A DNA stretch of 64,000 bases from assembly GCA_947628435.1 (NCBI GenBank), contig CANQZW010000003.1, positions 4,016 through 68,015 on the forward strand, read 5' to 3'. Every line of letters starts with the position of its first letter. Position 1 is the stretch's first letter. Made by a program: the position numbers and the translations under genes. Source of the DNA: an uncultured Bacilli bacterium. Lineage in GTDB: Bacteria; Bacillota_I; Bacilli_A; RF39; UBA660. Shown here one piece after another: positions 1 through 10,013 of the stretch. The notes under the pieces are model-generated. The model saw only the letters and a program-made list of their open reading frames with translations, ran no database searches and was not told the DNA's origin.

Positions 1-204
1 AAAGGTTTTCCTCTTTTAGAAGAGGAAAAAATACTTATGTTTATAATATTATTTATTCCAAATAAAATATCGTTTAACTCATCTGAATTAAAAAATACTA
101 TCATGGTAAGTGACTTATTTAATTATCTTTTTACAACTGACAAATTATTTATGGAAAATGAGGCAAAAAATACCGAAGAACAAAATAATAAGGTCAATAA
201 ATAA
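1..204 (+). CDS. possible minor pseudopilin, 5' end cut by window edge
   Basis: Frame +1 is open from base 1 to TAA at 202-204 (67 codons; absent from the Met-started ORF track). It reads KG|FPLLEEEKILMFIILFIP..., a prepilin-type Gly with Glu at +5 followed by a short hydrophobic stretch. It overlaps the opposite-strand ORF 145..333, so only one of the two may be real. Confidence 0.3.
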   Translation, partial: KGFPLLEEEKILMFIILFIPNKISFNSSELKNTIMVSDLFNYLFTTDKLFMENEAKNTEEQNNKVNK

Positions 205-333
205 TAAAAACACATGAAATCTAGCACATAATATTAAAGCTAATATAGCTTGATAAAAAGTAATAAAACAAAAAGCTATTACTAAAATTAAATATTTTGT
301 TAATCCTCCACTAAAAAAGTTATTAGGACGCAT
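145..333 (-). CDS. possible small two-TM membrane protein (62 aa)
   Basis: Lower third of track ORF 145..768. ATG at 333 has AAAGGTG about 6 nt upstream. MRPNNFFSGGLTKYLILVIAFCFITFYQAILALILCARFHVFLLFIDLIILFFGIFCLIFHK contains two hydrophobic helices. No + strand frame is open across 205-333, and about 60 open codons is long for DNA this AT-rich. Confidence 0.3.
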   Translation of the reverse strand: MRPNNFFSGGLTKYLILVIAFCFITFYQAILALILCARFHVFLLFIDLIILFFGIFCLIFHK

Positions 334-378
334 ACCCATCACCTTTACAGTATTATATGTAATATAAAAATATTTGCT

Positions 379-409
379 AACCATATTTATTAAAATATGG
401 TTTTTTTTT
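379..409 (+). terminator. rho-independent terminator
   Basis: aaccatatt (379-387) pairs with aatatggtt (394-402) around a 6-nt loop, followed by a T9 run. Confidence 0.6.
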
Positions 410-445
410 CTAAAAGATGTTATTATATATAATAGGAGTGATAAT

Positions 446-883
446 ATGTTTAATAATAAAGGTTTTGCTGTAACTGCTACATTATATACCATATTAGTTG
501 CATTTTTACTTTTTTTAGGTGCAACACTAGCTATGTTCTCATCATCTAATAGTATCATAGGAAAAGCAAATGATGATTTAATTAATGGAACAACATTTAA
601 GGCTGTGCAAGTTAAAATAGTAGATGGAACTATTTGTAAATGGAATATTGATACTATGGTAAAGATAAATAGTAGGTATGGAACAATGTATTGGCCTAAG
701 GATTTTCCAGGGGACAATGTATCAGTTACGGTCGGCAGTGAAAAGATACGTAGTGGTTCAAGAAGCATTAATGATAAAATAACTGTAACAGCATCTACAG
801 AATCTAATGATAAATTAACTTTTACTCAAGATGAAGATGATGATATATCTGCTGATGTTACTATTGCAAATATATGTGAATAA
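446..883 (+). CDS. pilin-like protein lacking Glu+5 (ComGG/minor-pseudopilin-like)
   Basis: ATG at 446 preceded by AGGAG (434-438). The upstream part of track ORF 374..883 runs through the terminator, so it is not used. N-terminus is MFNNKG|FAVTATLYTILVAFLLFLGATLAMF: basic leader, Gly, about 25 hydrophobic residues, Ala instead of Glu at +5. Codon usage is typical of the window. Confidence 0.55.
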   Translation: MFNNKGFAVTATLYTILVAFLLFLGATLAMFSSSNSIIGKANDDLINGTTFKAVQVKIVDGTICKWNIDTMVKINSRYGTMYWPKDFPGDNVSVTVGSEKIRSGSRSINDKITVTASTESNDKLTFTQDEDDDISADVTIANICE

Positions 884-919
884 CGCTTGTTAAAAAATAA
901 ATTATTTGTTATACTATTA

Positions 920-1158
920 ACATGTTTTAAAAGCAATGCGTAAGAGGAGTAAATTACTTATTATTTAAAGAGAGTAAACGGTTGGTGAAAGTTTACATTA
1001 ATGGTAGTTGAAGGTAGCTTACAAGCTTGGTTGCTGAACTAATAGTAGGTAATTACGTTAACTCACGTTACGAGTTTAAGTGTTAGAATAAATTCTAGAA
1101 CTAAGGTGGTAACGCGGTTATGAATCGTCCTTTATTTAAGGATGATTTTTTTTATTTT
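920..1158 (+). promoter_or_regulatory. T-box riboswitch leader of valS (canonical, terminator type)
   Basis: Candidate promoter TTGTTA (887-892), 17 nt, TATACT (910-915). AGAGAG box near 969-976. T-box sequence AAGGUGGUAACGCGG at 1103-1117 (UGGU bulge fits an A73 discriminator as in tRNA-Val). Antiterminator AAGG/UGGUAAC/GCGGUU-AUG-AAUCGU/CCUU. Terminator aatcgtcctt/aaggatgatt plus a T8 run (1122-1156). GUA/GUU codons lie in the stem I region (1001-1018). Confidence 0.85.
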
Positions 1159-1175
1159 GAAAGGAAGGGATTATT

Positions 1176-3737
1176 TTGTTAGATAAAAAGTATAATCATA
1201 AACAAGTAGAACAAGGAAAGTATGAAAAATGGCTTAAGCATAATTATTTTAAAGCTGGTGATTTAACTAAGGAAGCTTTTTCAATTGTTATACCACCTCC
1301 TAATGTAACGGGAAAGTTACATTTAGGTCATGCGTGGGATACTACGCTTCAAGATATTATTATTCGTTATAAGAAAATGGATGGTTATGATGCTTTATGG
1401 CTTCCTGGTATGGATCATGCTGCTATTGCAACTGAGGTAAAGGTTGCTAATAGATTAAAAGAAGAAGGAATAAATAAAAGAGATTTAGGTCGTGCTGGTT
1501 TTTTAAAAAGAGCATGGCAGTGGAAAGAGGAATATGCAAGTACGATTAGAAGTCAGTGGGCAAAATTAGGATTAGCTCTTGATTATTCTAGGGAAAGATT
1601 TACGCTTGATGATGGTTTAAGTAAAGCTGTTAAGAAGGTATTTGTTGATTATTATAACGAAGGCATTATATACCGAGGTGAAAGGATAATAAATTGGGAT
1701 CCGGTTCAGCAAACGGCTTTATCTAATGAAGAGGTTATATATAAGGATGTTGCGGGTGCTTTTTATCATATTAAGTATTTTATTGAGGGAAAAGACGAAT
1801 ATTTAGATGTTGCAACAACAAGACCTGAAACGTTATTTGGTGATACTGCCGTTGCGGTAAATCCTAATGATGAAAGATACAAACATTTAATAGGTAAGAA
1901 CGTTATTTTGCCTATTGTTAATAAGCCTATTCCTGTAATAGGAGATTTACATGCTGATCCTAAATTTGGGACTGGTGTTGTTAAAATAACTCCAGCTCAT
2001 GATCCTAATGATTTTGAGGTTGGACTTCGTCACAATTTACAAAGAATAGTAGTTATGAATCCTGATGCAACTATGAATGAAAATGCTTTGAAATATAAGG
2101 GTATGGATAGATATGAGTGTCGTGATGCTTTAATTGATGACTTACAAGATTTAAATTTATTAATTAAAATAGAACCTATGGTTCATAGTGTTGGGCATTC
2201 AGAGAGAACTGATGTTATGGTAGAGCCTTACTTATCAAAACAGTGGTTTGTTAAGATGGATGCTTTAGCAAAAAAAGTATTAGATACACAAAAAAATGTT
2301 GATGAAAAGATTAATTTTATACCAAAAAGATTTGAAAAAATACTTGAAAACTGGATGAATGATTGTCATGATTGGTGCATTTCAAGGCAATTATGGTGGG
2401 GGCACCAAATTCCTGCTTGGTATAAAAATGATGAGGTATACGTTGGCATAGAAGAACCTAAAGGTGATGGATGGCATCAAGATGAAGATGTTTTAGATAC
2501 GTGGTTTTCCAGTGCTTTATGGCCTTTTGCAACATTTGGTTGGCCTTTTGATACTGATGAATTAAAAAGATATTTTCCAAATAGTGTGTTAGTAACTGGT
2601 TATGACATAATATTTTTCTGGGTAGCTAGAATGGCTTTTCAATCAGAAAAGTTAACAGGTAAGGCACCTTTTAAGGATTTGTTAATTCATGGTCTTATTC
2701 GTGATAAACAAGGAAGAAAAATGTCTAAGTCTTTAGGTAACGGAGTAGATCCTATGGACGTTATTGATAATTATGGAGCAGATTCATTAAGATGGTTTTT
2801 AACTACCAACTCCACTCCTGGTCAAGATTTAAGATATGATGAGGATAAAATTAAATCAACCTGGAATTTTATTAATAAAATATGGAATGCATCAAGATAT
2901 GTTCTTATGAATTGCAGTGAATTAAATAGTATTGATTTATCTAATTTAACAAATAGTGATAAGTGGATTTTAACAAAATTAAACAAAACAATAAAACAAG
3001 TAAGAAAAAATATGGATAAATATGATTTTAACGTAGTTGGTAAAGAATTATATAAATTTATCTGGACAGATTTTTGTGATTCTTATATTGAATATAGTAA
3101 GGTAAGTTGTAATAACGTTTCTACTAAATCAACTATGCTTTTGGTTTTAACTGATATTTTAAAAATGCTTCATCCTTTTATGCCTTATGTAACAGATGAA
3201 ATATATGATTCATTACCTATAAAAGATAGTAGTAATATATTATTATCTAATTATCCAAAGTATGATGATACTAAAATATATAAAAAAGAAGAAAAAGAAA
3301 TTGATGCTTTAACTGAAATTATTACTACCATACGTAATTATAAGGCTGAAAATAATATTCCTAAAGGTTTTGGTATTGTTAATGAATTTAAAGATGAGTA
3401 TAAGCATATTATAGATAATAACAAAGATATATTGACAAAACAATTAAAGTGCGATATTATATTATCTTCCAATTTAAATGCTGTTAGTTTATCTGCTTCA
3501 TTTTCTTATGGAAGTTTAATACTATGCTATGAAGGAAAAGAGTTATCTAATGATGATATAAAGCTTTTTAATAAGGAAAAGCAGTCTTTAGAAAATAGCA
3601 TAGAAAGAAGAAAAAAATTATTATCAAATGAAAAGTATGTTTTAAATGCACCTAAAAAAATAGTAGATGCTGAAAAACAAAAGTTAAAAGAGGAAGAAGA
3701 TAAATTAAAAACTTTGTTAGAAAAAATAAATTTATAA
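1176..3737 (+). CDS. valS: valine--tRNA ligase
   Basis: 853 aa with a TTG start after AGGAAGGGA. Class I HIGH ([11 protein letters not shown]) and KMSKS ([11 protein letters not shown]) motifs, [12 protein letters not shown]-terminal coiled coil. Confidence 0.97.
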   Translation: MLDKKYNHKQVEQGKYEKWLKHNYFKAGDLTKEAFSIVIPPPNVTGKLHLGHAWDTTLQDIIIRYKKMDGYDALWLPGMDHAAIATEVKVANRLKEEGINKRDLGRAGFLKRAWQWKEEYASTIRSQWAKLGLALDYSRERFTLDDGLSKAVKKVFVDYYNEGIIYRGERIINWDPVQQTALSNEEVIYKDVAGAFYHIKYFIEGKDEYLDVATTRPETLFGDTAVAVNPNDERYKHLIGKNVILPIVNKPIPVIGDLHADPKFGTGVVKITPAHDPNDFEVGLRHNLQRIVVMNPDATMNENALKYKGMDRYECRDALIDDLQDLNLLIKIEPMVHSVGHSERTDVMVEPYLSKQWFVKMDALAKKVLDTQKNVDEKINFIPKRFEKILENWMNDCHDWCISRQLWWGHQIPAWYKNDEVYVGIEEPKGDGWHQDEDVLDTWFSSALWPFATFGWPFDTDELKRYFPNSVLVTGYDIIFFWVARMAFQSEKLTGKAPFKDLLIHGLIRDKQGRKMSKSLGNGVDPMDVIDNYGADSLRWFLTTNSTPGQDLRYDEDKIKSTWNFINKIWNASRYVLMNCSELNSIDLSNLTNSDKWILTKLNKTIKQVRKNMDKYDFNVVGKELYKFIWTDFCDSYIEYSKVSCNNVSTKSTMLLVLTDILKMLHPFMPYVTDEIYDSLPIKDSSNILLSNYPKYDDTKIYKKEEKEIDALTEIITTIRNYKAENNIPKGFGIVNEFKDEYKHIIDNNKDILTKQLKCDIILSSNLNAVSLSASFSYGSLILCYEGKELSNDDIKLFNKEKQSLENSIERRKKLLSNEKYVLNAPKKIVDAEKQKLKEEEDKLKTLLEKINL

Positions 3738-3754
3738 AGGTAAGGTGGTTTTGG

Positions 3755-4120
3755 ATGAACAAAGCTTATGATTATGATTTTTTTGAGAAATATTTAAAAA
3801 AATACTTAGATGTACAAACAAATGAAAGGTTTGTAAAGTTAAGTAAAGAAGATTGTGATCTTTTTGGTTATATAAAAGAGCAAATATATACTGGTATTGA
3901 TTGGAATAAAGAAGAAAGTAAGCACTCTCAAGAAGATTATGAAGCTGATAGCTTAGCATTTTTCGTTTCATTAAACTTAATAAAATATGATGAAGAAAAA
4001 AATGCGGTTATAGATGTTATAAAGTTAAAACAATTATATGAAAAATATTTAGTAGTAAATGAAGATAATTCTTTAAAAGAAGATAAAGGATTATCGTTTG
4101 TTCACAAAAGACAGTCTTAA
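3755..4120 (+). CDS. hypothetical protein (121 aa)
   Basis: ORF 17 nt after valS with GGTGG upstream of its ATG. Acidic, with no motif I recognise. Ends in a terminator. Confidence 0.55.
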   Translation: MNKAYDYDFFEKYLKKYLDVQTNERFVKLSKEDCDLFGYIKEQIYTGIDWNKEESKHSQEDYEADSLAFFVSLNLIKYDEEKNAVIDVIKLKQLYEKYLVVNEDNSLKEDKGLSFVHKRQS

Positions 4121-4131
4121 CTGTCTTTTTC
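4107..4131 (+). terminator. rho-independent terminator
   Basis: aaagacag (4107-4114) pairs with ctgtcttt (4121-4128), followed by a T run. Overlaps the stop codon of the 121-aa ORF. Confidence 0.6.
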
Positions 4132-4184
4132 TTGCTTTCTAAATTTATTTAATATATACTTATTTATAATAGAGGTGAGTGGTT

Positions 4185-5882
4185 TTGAGACTTAAGACAA
4201 GTTATTTTTATACTTATAAAGAAAATCCAAAGGATGAAGAATCAACCTCTGGTAATTTATTAACTAGAGCAGGAATGATAAGAAAAACCTCAAGTGGGGT
4301 TTATATGTATTTACCACTTGGTTATAAAGTTATAAAAAACATAGAAAAAATAATTCGTGAGGAACTAGAAAACATTGGAGCAGGAGAGCTTTTAATGCCA
4401 GCTTTAGTTCCTGAGGAGTTATATGAGCAATCTGGAAGAAAAGAATCTTTTGGTAGTGATATGTTTTCACTTTATGATCGTTTTGATAAAAAATATTGTT
4501 TAGCACCTACTCATGAAGAGTTGTTTACCATAGCAGCCTCAGCAAAAATAAAATCTTATAAGGATTTGCCATTTAGTATTTATCAGATTCAAGATAAATT
4601 TAGGGATGAGGCAAGAAGTAGGTATGGTTTAATTAGAGTTCGTGAATTTTTGATGAAGGATGCATATTCTTTTGATGCTGATGAAAAAGGATTAAATAAT
4701 TCTTATAACGAAATGTATAATGCTTACAAAAAAATATTTGCAAGATTAGGTATAAATTATAAAATAGTAAAATCTGATACTGGAGCTATGGGTGGATTAT
4801 TATCTGAGGAGTTTCAGGCAATAACTAATATTGGCGAAGATAAATTAGTTATTTGTGATCATTGTGGTTACGCATCAAATAGTGAGGTTTCAAGTTGCAT
4901 TAGCATAACTGAAAATAAAGATGAAGATATAAAAATTAGAGAGCTTGTTAAAACTCCTGATGTTGGAACCATACAGCAAGTTGCAAAGTATTTAGATGAA
5001 CCCGAGGAAAAATTCGTTAAAACACTTATTTATAAGGCTGATAATGAATTTTATGCGGTTATGGTAAAAGGGTGTCATGAGGTAAATGAATTTAAATTAA
5101 AAAAAGCACTTAAAGTATCTAATCTTGAATTAGCAGATTCTATTGAGGTTGAAAAATTAACTTCTGCTAAAATAGGTTTTGTAGGTCCAATCGGTTTAGA
5201 CATACCAATTATTATTGATAATGAAGTTTTAAATATGAAGAATTTTATCGTTGGTGCTAATAAAACAGATTATCATTATAAGAACGTAAACTTAGAGGAT
5301 TTTAATTATTTTTTATCTCAAGATATAAGATGTATAACTGAACTTGATAAGTGTCCTTCTTGTGGAAAGAGTCTTGTTTTTAAAAATGGTATTGAAATAG
5401 GTAATACATTTAAACTTGGTACTAAGTATTCGCAGAGTTTGAACCTTACTTATTTAAATAAAGATAATTTAAGTAAGTATGTATGGATGGGTTGCTACGG
5501 GATAGGTATTGGTAGATGTATGGCTGCTATTGTAGAGCAAAATAATGATGAAAATGGAATAATATGGCCTTTGGAGGTTGCACCATTTAAAGTTGCAATA
5601 GTTATTGTTAATACTTATGATTCAGCTCAAGTTGATGCAGGAAATTATTTGTATAGTGAGCTTAAAAAGAATAATATTTCAACCATTTTAGATGATAGGG
5701 ATGAAAGGGCTGGAGTAAAATTTAATGATATGGACTTAATAGGAATTCCAATAAGAATAACAATAGGAAACAAAATAAATGATCAATTAGTTGAAATAAA
5801 GCAAAGAAGAAAAAATTCTTTTGAGGAAATATCTTTGTATGATACTTTAAATAGAATAGAAGATATAATTGATGGAGAATAA
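4185..5882 (+). CDS. proS: proline--tRNA ligase (bacterial type with editing insertion)
   Basis: Class II motifs (FRDEARSRYGLIRVREFLMKDAYSF; GCYGIGIGR). The track starts at GTG 4179. TTG 4185 is better spaced from GAGGTG and gives MRLKTSYFYTYKE, which looks like a typical ProRS N-terminus. Confidence 0.94.
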   Translation: MRLKTSYFYTYKENPKDEESTSGNLLTRAGMIRKTSSGVYMYLPLGYKVIKNIEKIIREELENIGAGELLMPALVPEELYEQSGRKESFGSDMFSLYDRFDKKYCLAPTHEELFTIAASAKIKSYKDLPFSIYQIQDKFRDEARSRYGLIRVREFLMKDAYSFDADEKGLNNSYNEMYNAYKKIFARLGINYKIVKSDTGAMGGLLSEEFQAITNIGEDKLVICDHCGYASNSEVSSCISITENKDEDIKIRELVKTPDVGTIQQVAKYLDEPEEKFVKTLIYKADNEFYAVMVKGCHEVNEFKLKKALKVSNLELADSIEVEKLTSAKIGFVGPIGLDIPIIIDNEVLNMKNFIVGANKTDYHYKNVNLEDFNYFLSQDIRCITELDKCPSCGKSLVFKNGIEIGNTFKLGTKYSQSLNLTYLNKDNLSKYVWMGCYGIGIGRCMAAIVEQNNDENGIIWPLEVAPFKVAIVIVNTYDSAQVDAGNYLYSELKKNNISTILDDRDERAGVKFNDMDLIGIPIRITIGNKINDQLVEIKQRRKNSFEEISLYDTLNRIEDIIDGE

Positions 5883-5973
5883 GAAAACTATTTTTAGTTT
5901 TTTTATTTTTTTTAAGAAAAAACGAGGGTTTTTGCCTTTTTTGTAGAATAATTATATTGAGGAGGTATATTTT

Positions 5974-7713
5974 ATGCAAAAAATACCTTACGACGAAATA
6001 TTAAATATTCAAAGAAAAGTTGATATTGTAGATGTAATAGGAAATTATCTTTCTTTAACAAGAAAGGGTAAGAATTATTTTGCAATATGTCCTTTTCATG
6101 ATGATCATAATCCTAGTATGAGCATATCTTCTGAAAAACAAATATATACGTGTTTTGTTTGTGGTGCATCAGGTAATGTTTTTAATTTTGTTATGAATTA
6201 TGAACATATAAGTTTTTATGAGGCGGTATCAAAAGTTGCTAGTAATGCTGGTTTCCCGTTAAGTTTTAAAAATATTTCTAAGGTAAGTTTAAAAGACAAT
6301 AAATATGATAAGTATTATAAGATGTTTGATATTGTAAATAAATATTATCAAAATAATATTAAAACAGTATATGGTAAAGAGGCGCTTTCTTATTTACATA
6401 AAAGGAAAATAACTGATGATATAATAAAGGAATTTGAAATTGGTTTATCCTTAGATGATAATAACGTAAGTAAGTTATTAAAATCAAAGGGTTATTTAGA
6501 AAGTGACATGGTTGATATAGGTTTGTGTGGTAAAAAAGATAATTTCATTTATGATATTTTTAGAAATAGAATAACATTTCCTTTATGTGATATAGAAGGT
6601 AATACGGTTGGATTTTCTGCTAGAATATATAATAGTGATGATCAAAATAAGTACGTTAATTCTAAAGAATCTGTTATTTTTAAAAAAGGTGATCTTTTAT
6701 ATAATTATAAAAGAGCGATTAATTATGCTAAAGAAAAAGGTCAAATAATAATTGTTGAGGGTTTTATGGATGTTATTAGATTATATTCGATTGGCATAAA
6801 AAACGTAGTTGCAACAATGGGAACGGCAATAACCAAACAACACGCTAAATTAATTAGACGTTTATCTAAAAATGTTGTTTTGTGTTTTGATGGTGATAAA
6901 GCTGGTGAAAAAGCAACGATAAGTGCCCTTGAAGTATTAAATGATATTGAATTAGAACCTAAAATAATACGTTTAGAACAAAATCTAGACCCAGATGATT
7001 ATATTATTCAAAAGGGTAAGGACGCTTTTTTAAGTCATTTAAAAAATTTAATGAGTAGCATACAATTTAAATTGGAGGTTAATAAGGAAAAAACTGATTT
7101 TAATGATTATAAAGAAGTATCAAATTACGTAAACTCAATAGCTGGTGAGCTTGAAAAAATTGATGATAAAATAGTTTATGAGCTTACGGTAAAAAAGCTT
7201 GCGAACGAAACGGGACTTGATGTTTCAACTATAAATTCACTTGTTAGTAACATTCCTAAAAAGGAAAAAAAGATAATAACAAAGGCAAAAAGTATTACCA
7301 AAAACAAATATGAAAAAGCAGAAGAATATTTAATATATTACATGCTTAAAGATTCTAAAGCTATTTTACTTTATCAGAATAAAGTATCTTATTTATCAAA
7401 TGATAAGTTATCACAAATTGCCATTAAAATACTTGAGTTTTATGAAAAAAAAGGTTATATTAACGTTACTGATTTTACTTTGTTTTTGGAAGATAATAAC
7501 GAACTGATTGATGAGGTTTTAAGAATTGATAGTCTTAATATGCCAGATGATGTTGATATTTGTGTTATTAAGGATTATATAAATACGATAGATGTTGGAA
7601 TAATAAAAAGGGAAATTGATAAACTAAAGGAAAAAATAAGTAGTGAGCAAGATGTTGCAAAAAAAGTAGTTTTATTAGAAAAACTAGCTACATTAAAGAA
7701 AAAAGGAGTGTAA
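5974..7713 (+). CDS. dnaG: DNA primase
   Basis: Zn-ribbon [14 protein letters not shown]...[24 protein letters not shown]...FDGDKAG. Lies upstream of sigA as in the Firmicute dnaG-sigA operon. Confidence 0.95.
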   Translation: MQKIPYDEILNIQRKVDIVDVIGNYLSLTRKGKNYFAICPFHDDHNPSMSISSEKQIYTCFVCGASGNVFNFVMNYEHISFYEAVSKVASNAGFPLSFKNISKVSLKDNKYDKYYKMFDIVNKYYQNNIKTVYGKEALSYLHKRKITDDIIKEFEIGLSLDDNNVSKLLKSKGYLESDMVDIGLCGKKDNFIYDIFRNRITFPLCDIEGNTVGFSARIYNSDDQNKYVNSKESVIFKKGDLLYNYKRAINYAKEKGQIIIVEGFMDVIRLYSIGIKNVVATMGTAITKQHAKLIRRLSKNVVLCFDGDKAGEKATISALEVLNDIELEPKIIRLEQNLDPDDYIIQKGKDAFLSHLKNLMSSIQFKLEVNKEKTDFNDYKEVSNYVNSIAGELEKIDDKIVYELTVKKLANETGLDVSTINSLVSNIPKKEKKIITKAKSITKNKYEKAEEYLIYYMLKDSKAILLYQNKVSYLSNDKLSQIAIKILEFYEKKGYINVTDFTLFLEDNNELIDEVLRIDSLNMPDDVDICVIKDYINTIDVGIIKREIDKLKEKISSEQDVAKKVVLLEKLATLKKKGV

Positions 7714-7715
7714 TT

Positions 7716-8804
7716 ATGAAAGAGATAAAAACGTTTGAACAAAGAAAAAAAGAATTACTTGAACAAGGAAAGAAAAAAGGTGTTTTAACTTATGAGGAAT
7801 TAGCAGAATCTTTAAAAGGCCTTGAACTTGATAGTGATAGTCTTGATGATTTATATAATGCTTTTCATGAAAATAACATTGAAATAATATCAGAGGATTT
7901 TTCTGACGAGGATGAAGGACAAGATGATGGTGAAGCATTTACTTTAGAAGATATTTCTTTACCTAAAAACGCAAGTATAAATGATCCTGTTAGAATGTAT
8001 CTTAAAGAAATAGGTAAAATAAGTTTACTTAGTACTGAAGAAGAATTATCTTTATCTAAAAGGGTAGAAGAAGGCGATGAAGAAGCAAAAAGATTACTTG
8101 CAGAATCAAATTTAAGATTGGTTGTTTCTATTGCCAAAAGGTATGTTGGAAGAAATTTATCTTTTCTTGATTTAATTCAAGAGGGTAATATTGGACTTAT
8201 GAAGGCAGTAGATAAGTTTGACGCTTCAAAAGGTTATAAATTTTCAACTTATGCAACATGGTGGATAAGGCAAGCTATTACACGTGCGATTGCGGATCAG
8301 GCAAAAACTATTCGTGTTCCAGTGCATATGGTAGAAACAATAAACAAATTAAAAAGAATTCAAAGGCAGTTAACCCTTGAACTTAATAGAGAGCCAACCG
8401 AAGCTGAACTTGCCAAAAAAATGGGTACGACCGAAGATAAGGTAAGGGAAATATTTAAAATATCACAAGACCCATTATCACTTGAGACTCCTATTGGTGA
8501 AGAAGATGATTCACACTTAGGTGACTTTTTAAAGGATGAAAGTTCAATGAGTCCAGAAGAATATGCTATTAACGAGGTTTTAAAAGATGAGATAGAAGAA
8601 GTTTTATGTACTCTTACTCCAAGGGAAGAAGAAGTATTAAAATTACGTTTTGGACTTCATGGTGGAACGTGCCACACGCTAGAAGAGGTTGGTAATATGT
8701 TTGGGGTAACTCGTGAAAGAATAAGACAAATAGAGGCAAAAGCATTAAGAAAATTAAGACATCCATCAAGATCAAGAAAATTAAAGGATTATTTAAGTGA
8801 CTAA
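7716..8804 (+). CDS. sigA: RNA polymerase primary sigma factor
   Basis: Regions 2-4 are intact ([61 protein letters not shown]), with an acidic region 1. Confidence 0.96.
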   Translation: MKEIKTFEQRKKELLEQGKKKGVLTYEELAESLKGLELDSDSLDDLYNAFHENNIEIISEDFSDEDEGQDDGEAFTLEDISLPKNASINDPVRMYLKEIGKISLLSTEEELSLSKRVEEGDEEAKRLLAESNLRLVVSIAKRYVGRNLSFLDLIQEGNIGLMKAVDKFDASKGYKFSTYATWWIRQAITRAIADQAKTIRVPVHMVETINKLKRIQRQLTLELNREPTEAELAKKMGTTEDKVREIFKISQDPLSLETPIGEEDDSHLGDFLKDESSMSPEEYAINEVLKDEIEEVLCTLTPREEEVLKLRFGLHGGTCHTLEEVGNMFGVTRERIRQIEAKALRKLRHPSRSRKLKDYLSD

Positions 8805-9474
8805 TATTAAAATTTCAAAAAGACTACTTAATATTGCAAAAATGGTTGATGAAAATAGCAATGTTATAGACGTTGGTTGTGATCATGCTTTACTTGATAT
8901 TTACTTATCTTTAAATAAAAAAGTTAAAAAAATAATTGCGTCTGACATAACATTAGGAGCTATTAATCAAGCTAAAAAAAATGTTTTGTTATATAATGCT
9001 TTAGATGTTGATGTTAGGTTAGGTGATGGACTTAGTACTTTAACTAATAAAGATAAAATAAATACTATTATTATATCTGGGTTAGGTAATCAAAAAATAT
9101 TTGAAATATTAAATAGTGATAAACAAAAATTAAAAGATGTTAAAACAATTATTATTCAGTCTAATACTGGTTATGATTCAATAAGAAAAAACGTATGTAA
9201 CTTAGGTTATTATGTTGTAGATGAGTGTTTGGTAAAAGAAAAAAATATAATATACGTAATTATAAAATTTAAAAAGGGAAAGGTTAAATATAGTAAAAAA
9301 GAATTATATTTTGGACCATTATTATTAAAAAATAAAGATAAGTTATTTTACGAATTAATAAATAAAGAAATTAATAAGAATAATAAAATTATCAATAGCT
9401 TACCTTATAATAAAATATTTAAAAAAATTAAATTAAAAATAAATAATTATAAATTAAAAAAATATTCATCATAG
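8797..9474 (+). CDS. trmK: tRNA (adenine(22)-N(1))-methyltransferase
   Basis: GTG start overlapping the sigA stop. [13 protein letters not shown]...[13 protein letters not shown]...GDGL...ISGLG pattern matches B. subtilis TrmK/YqfN, with the same position after sigA. Confidence 0.85.
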   Translation: MTNIKISKRLLNIAKMVDENSNVIDVGCDHALLDIYLSLNKKVKKIIASDITLGAINQAKKNVLLYNALDVDVRLGDGLSTLTNKDKINTIIISGLGNQKIFEILNSDKQKLKDVKTIIIQSNTGYDSIRKNVCNLGYYVVDECLVKEKNIIYVIIKFKKGKVKYSKKELYFGPLLLKNKDKLFYELINKEINKNNKIINSLPYNKIFKKIKLKINNYKLKKYSS

Positions 9475-9486
9475 TGAATATTTTTT

Positions 9487-9885
9487 TTAAAGAAAAAAGG
9501 TTGGTGTTGGAACGCTATTTAAACCCTTGCTAATATTATCATTATTAGTATTTGTATTTACGTTGTTATTTTCATTATTTACAGTTTGATTACTCGTATT
9601 TTGCACATTTGAACTTCTTACAAATTCTTTTCCTATCCTACCAAGTGTTTTAATGTTATTAAAAACGGGTTTTACTTGGTAGTATAACGGTATAGCTTGA
9701 TTAACAACATTAAGTGTTTTTTGAGCATTTGAAAGTAGTGATGACCAGTTAATTTTTGATAATAGTGATGTTCCACTACCTGTTATAGCACCAACAGAAG
9801 AAGGGGCAGCACTAACCACGTTTCCTAAATTAGGTACCATTGCATATGCCGGATTTGCCATCATGTACGGAATTTGGTTAAACAT
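9487..9885 (-). CDS. YqfQ/VrrA-like protein
   Basis: 132 aa. The WSSLLSNAQKTLNVVNQAIPLYYQVKPVFNNIKTL core resembles my recollection of the YqfQ family, and it sits next to trmK as yqfQ does in B. subtilis. The family assignment is from memory only. Confidence 0.5.
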   Translation of the reverse strand: MFNQIPYMMANPAYAMVPNLGNVVSAAPSSVGAITGSGTSLLSKINWSSLLSNAQKTLNVVNQAIPLYYQVKPVFNNIKTLGRIGKEFVRSSNVQNTSNQTVNNENNNVNTNTNNDNISKGLNSVPTPTFFL

Positions 9886-10013
9886 AATATCACCTCTACA
9901 ATAATATATGATAATTTATAAAATGGTTTAATAAATAGATATTATTATTTTTTTGTTTATTTTTTAAATATTTATGATATAATAGCAATATAGGATAGAA
10001 AGGTATAGTTAAA

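Noticed and set aside
334-768. Upper part of the 207-aa minus-strand track ORF 145..768
   Set aside because: From 446 upward it is antisense to the pilin-like gene, which has an RBS, typical codon usage and a recognisable N-terminal motif. The translated minus frame there is Leu/Pro/Ser/Thr-rich shadow sequence. Only the lower part (145..333), which has its own RBS, is kept as a low-confidence candidate.
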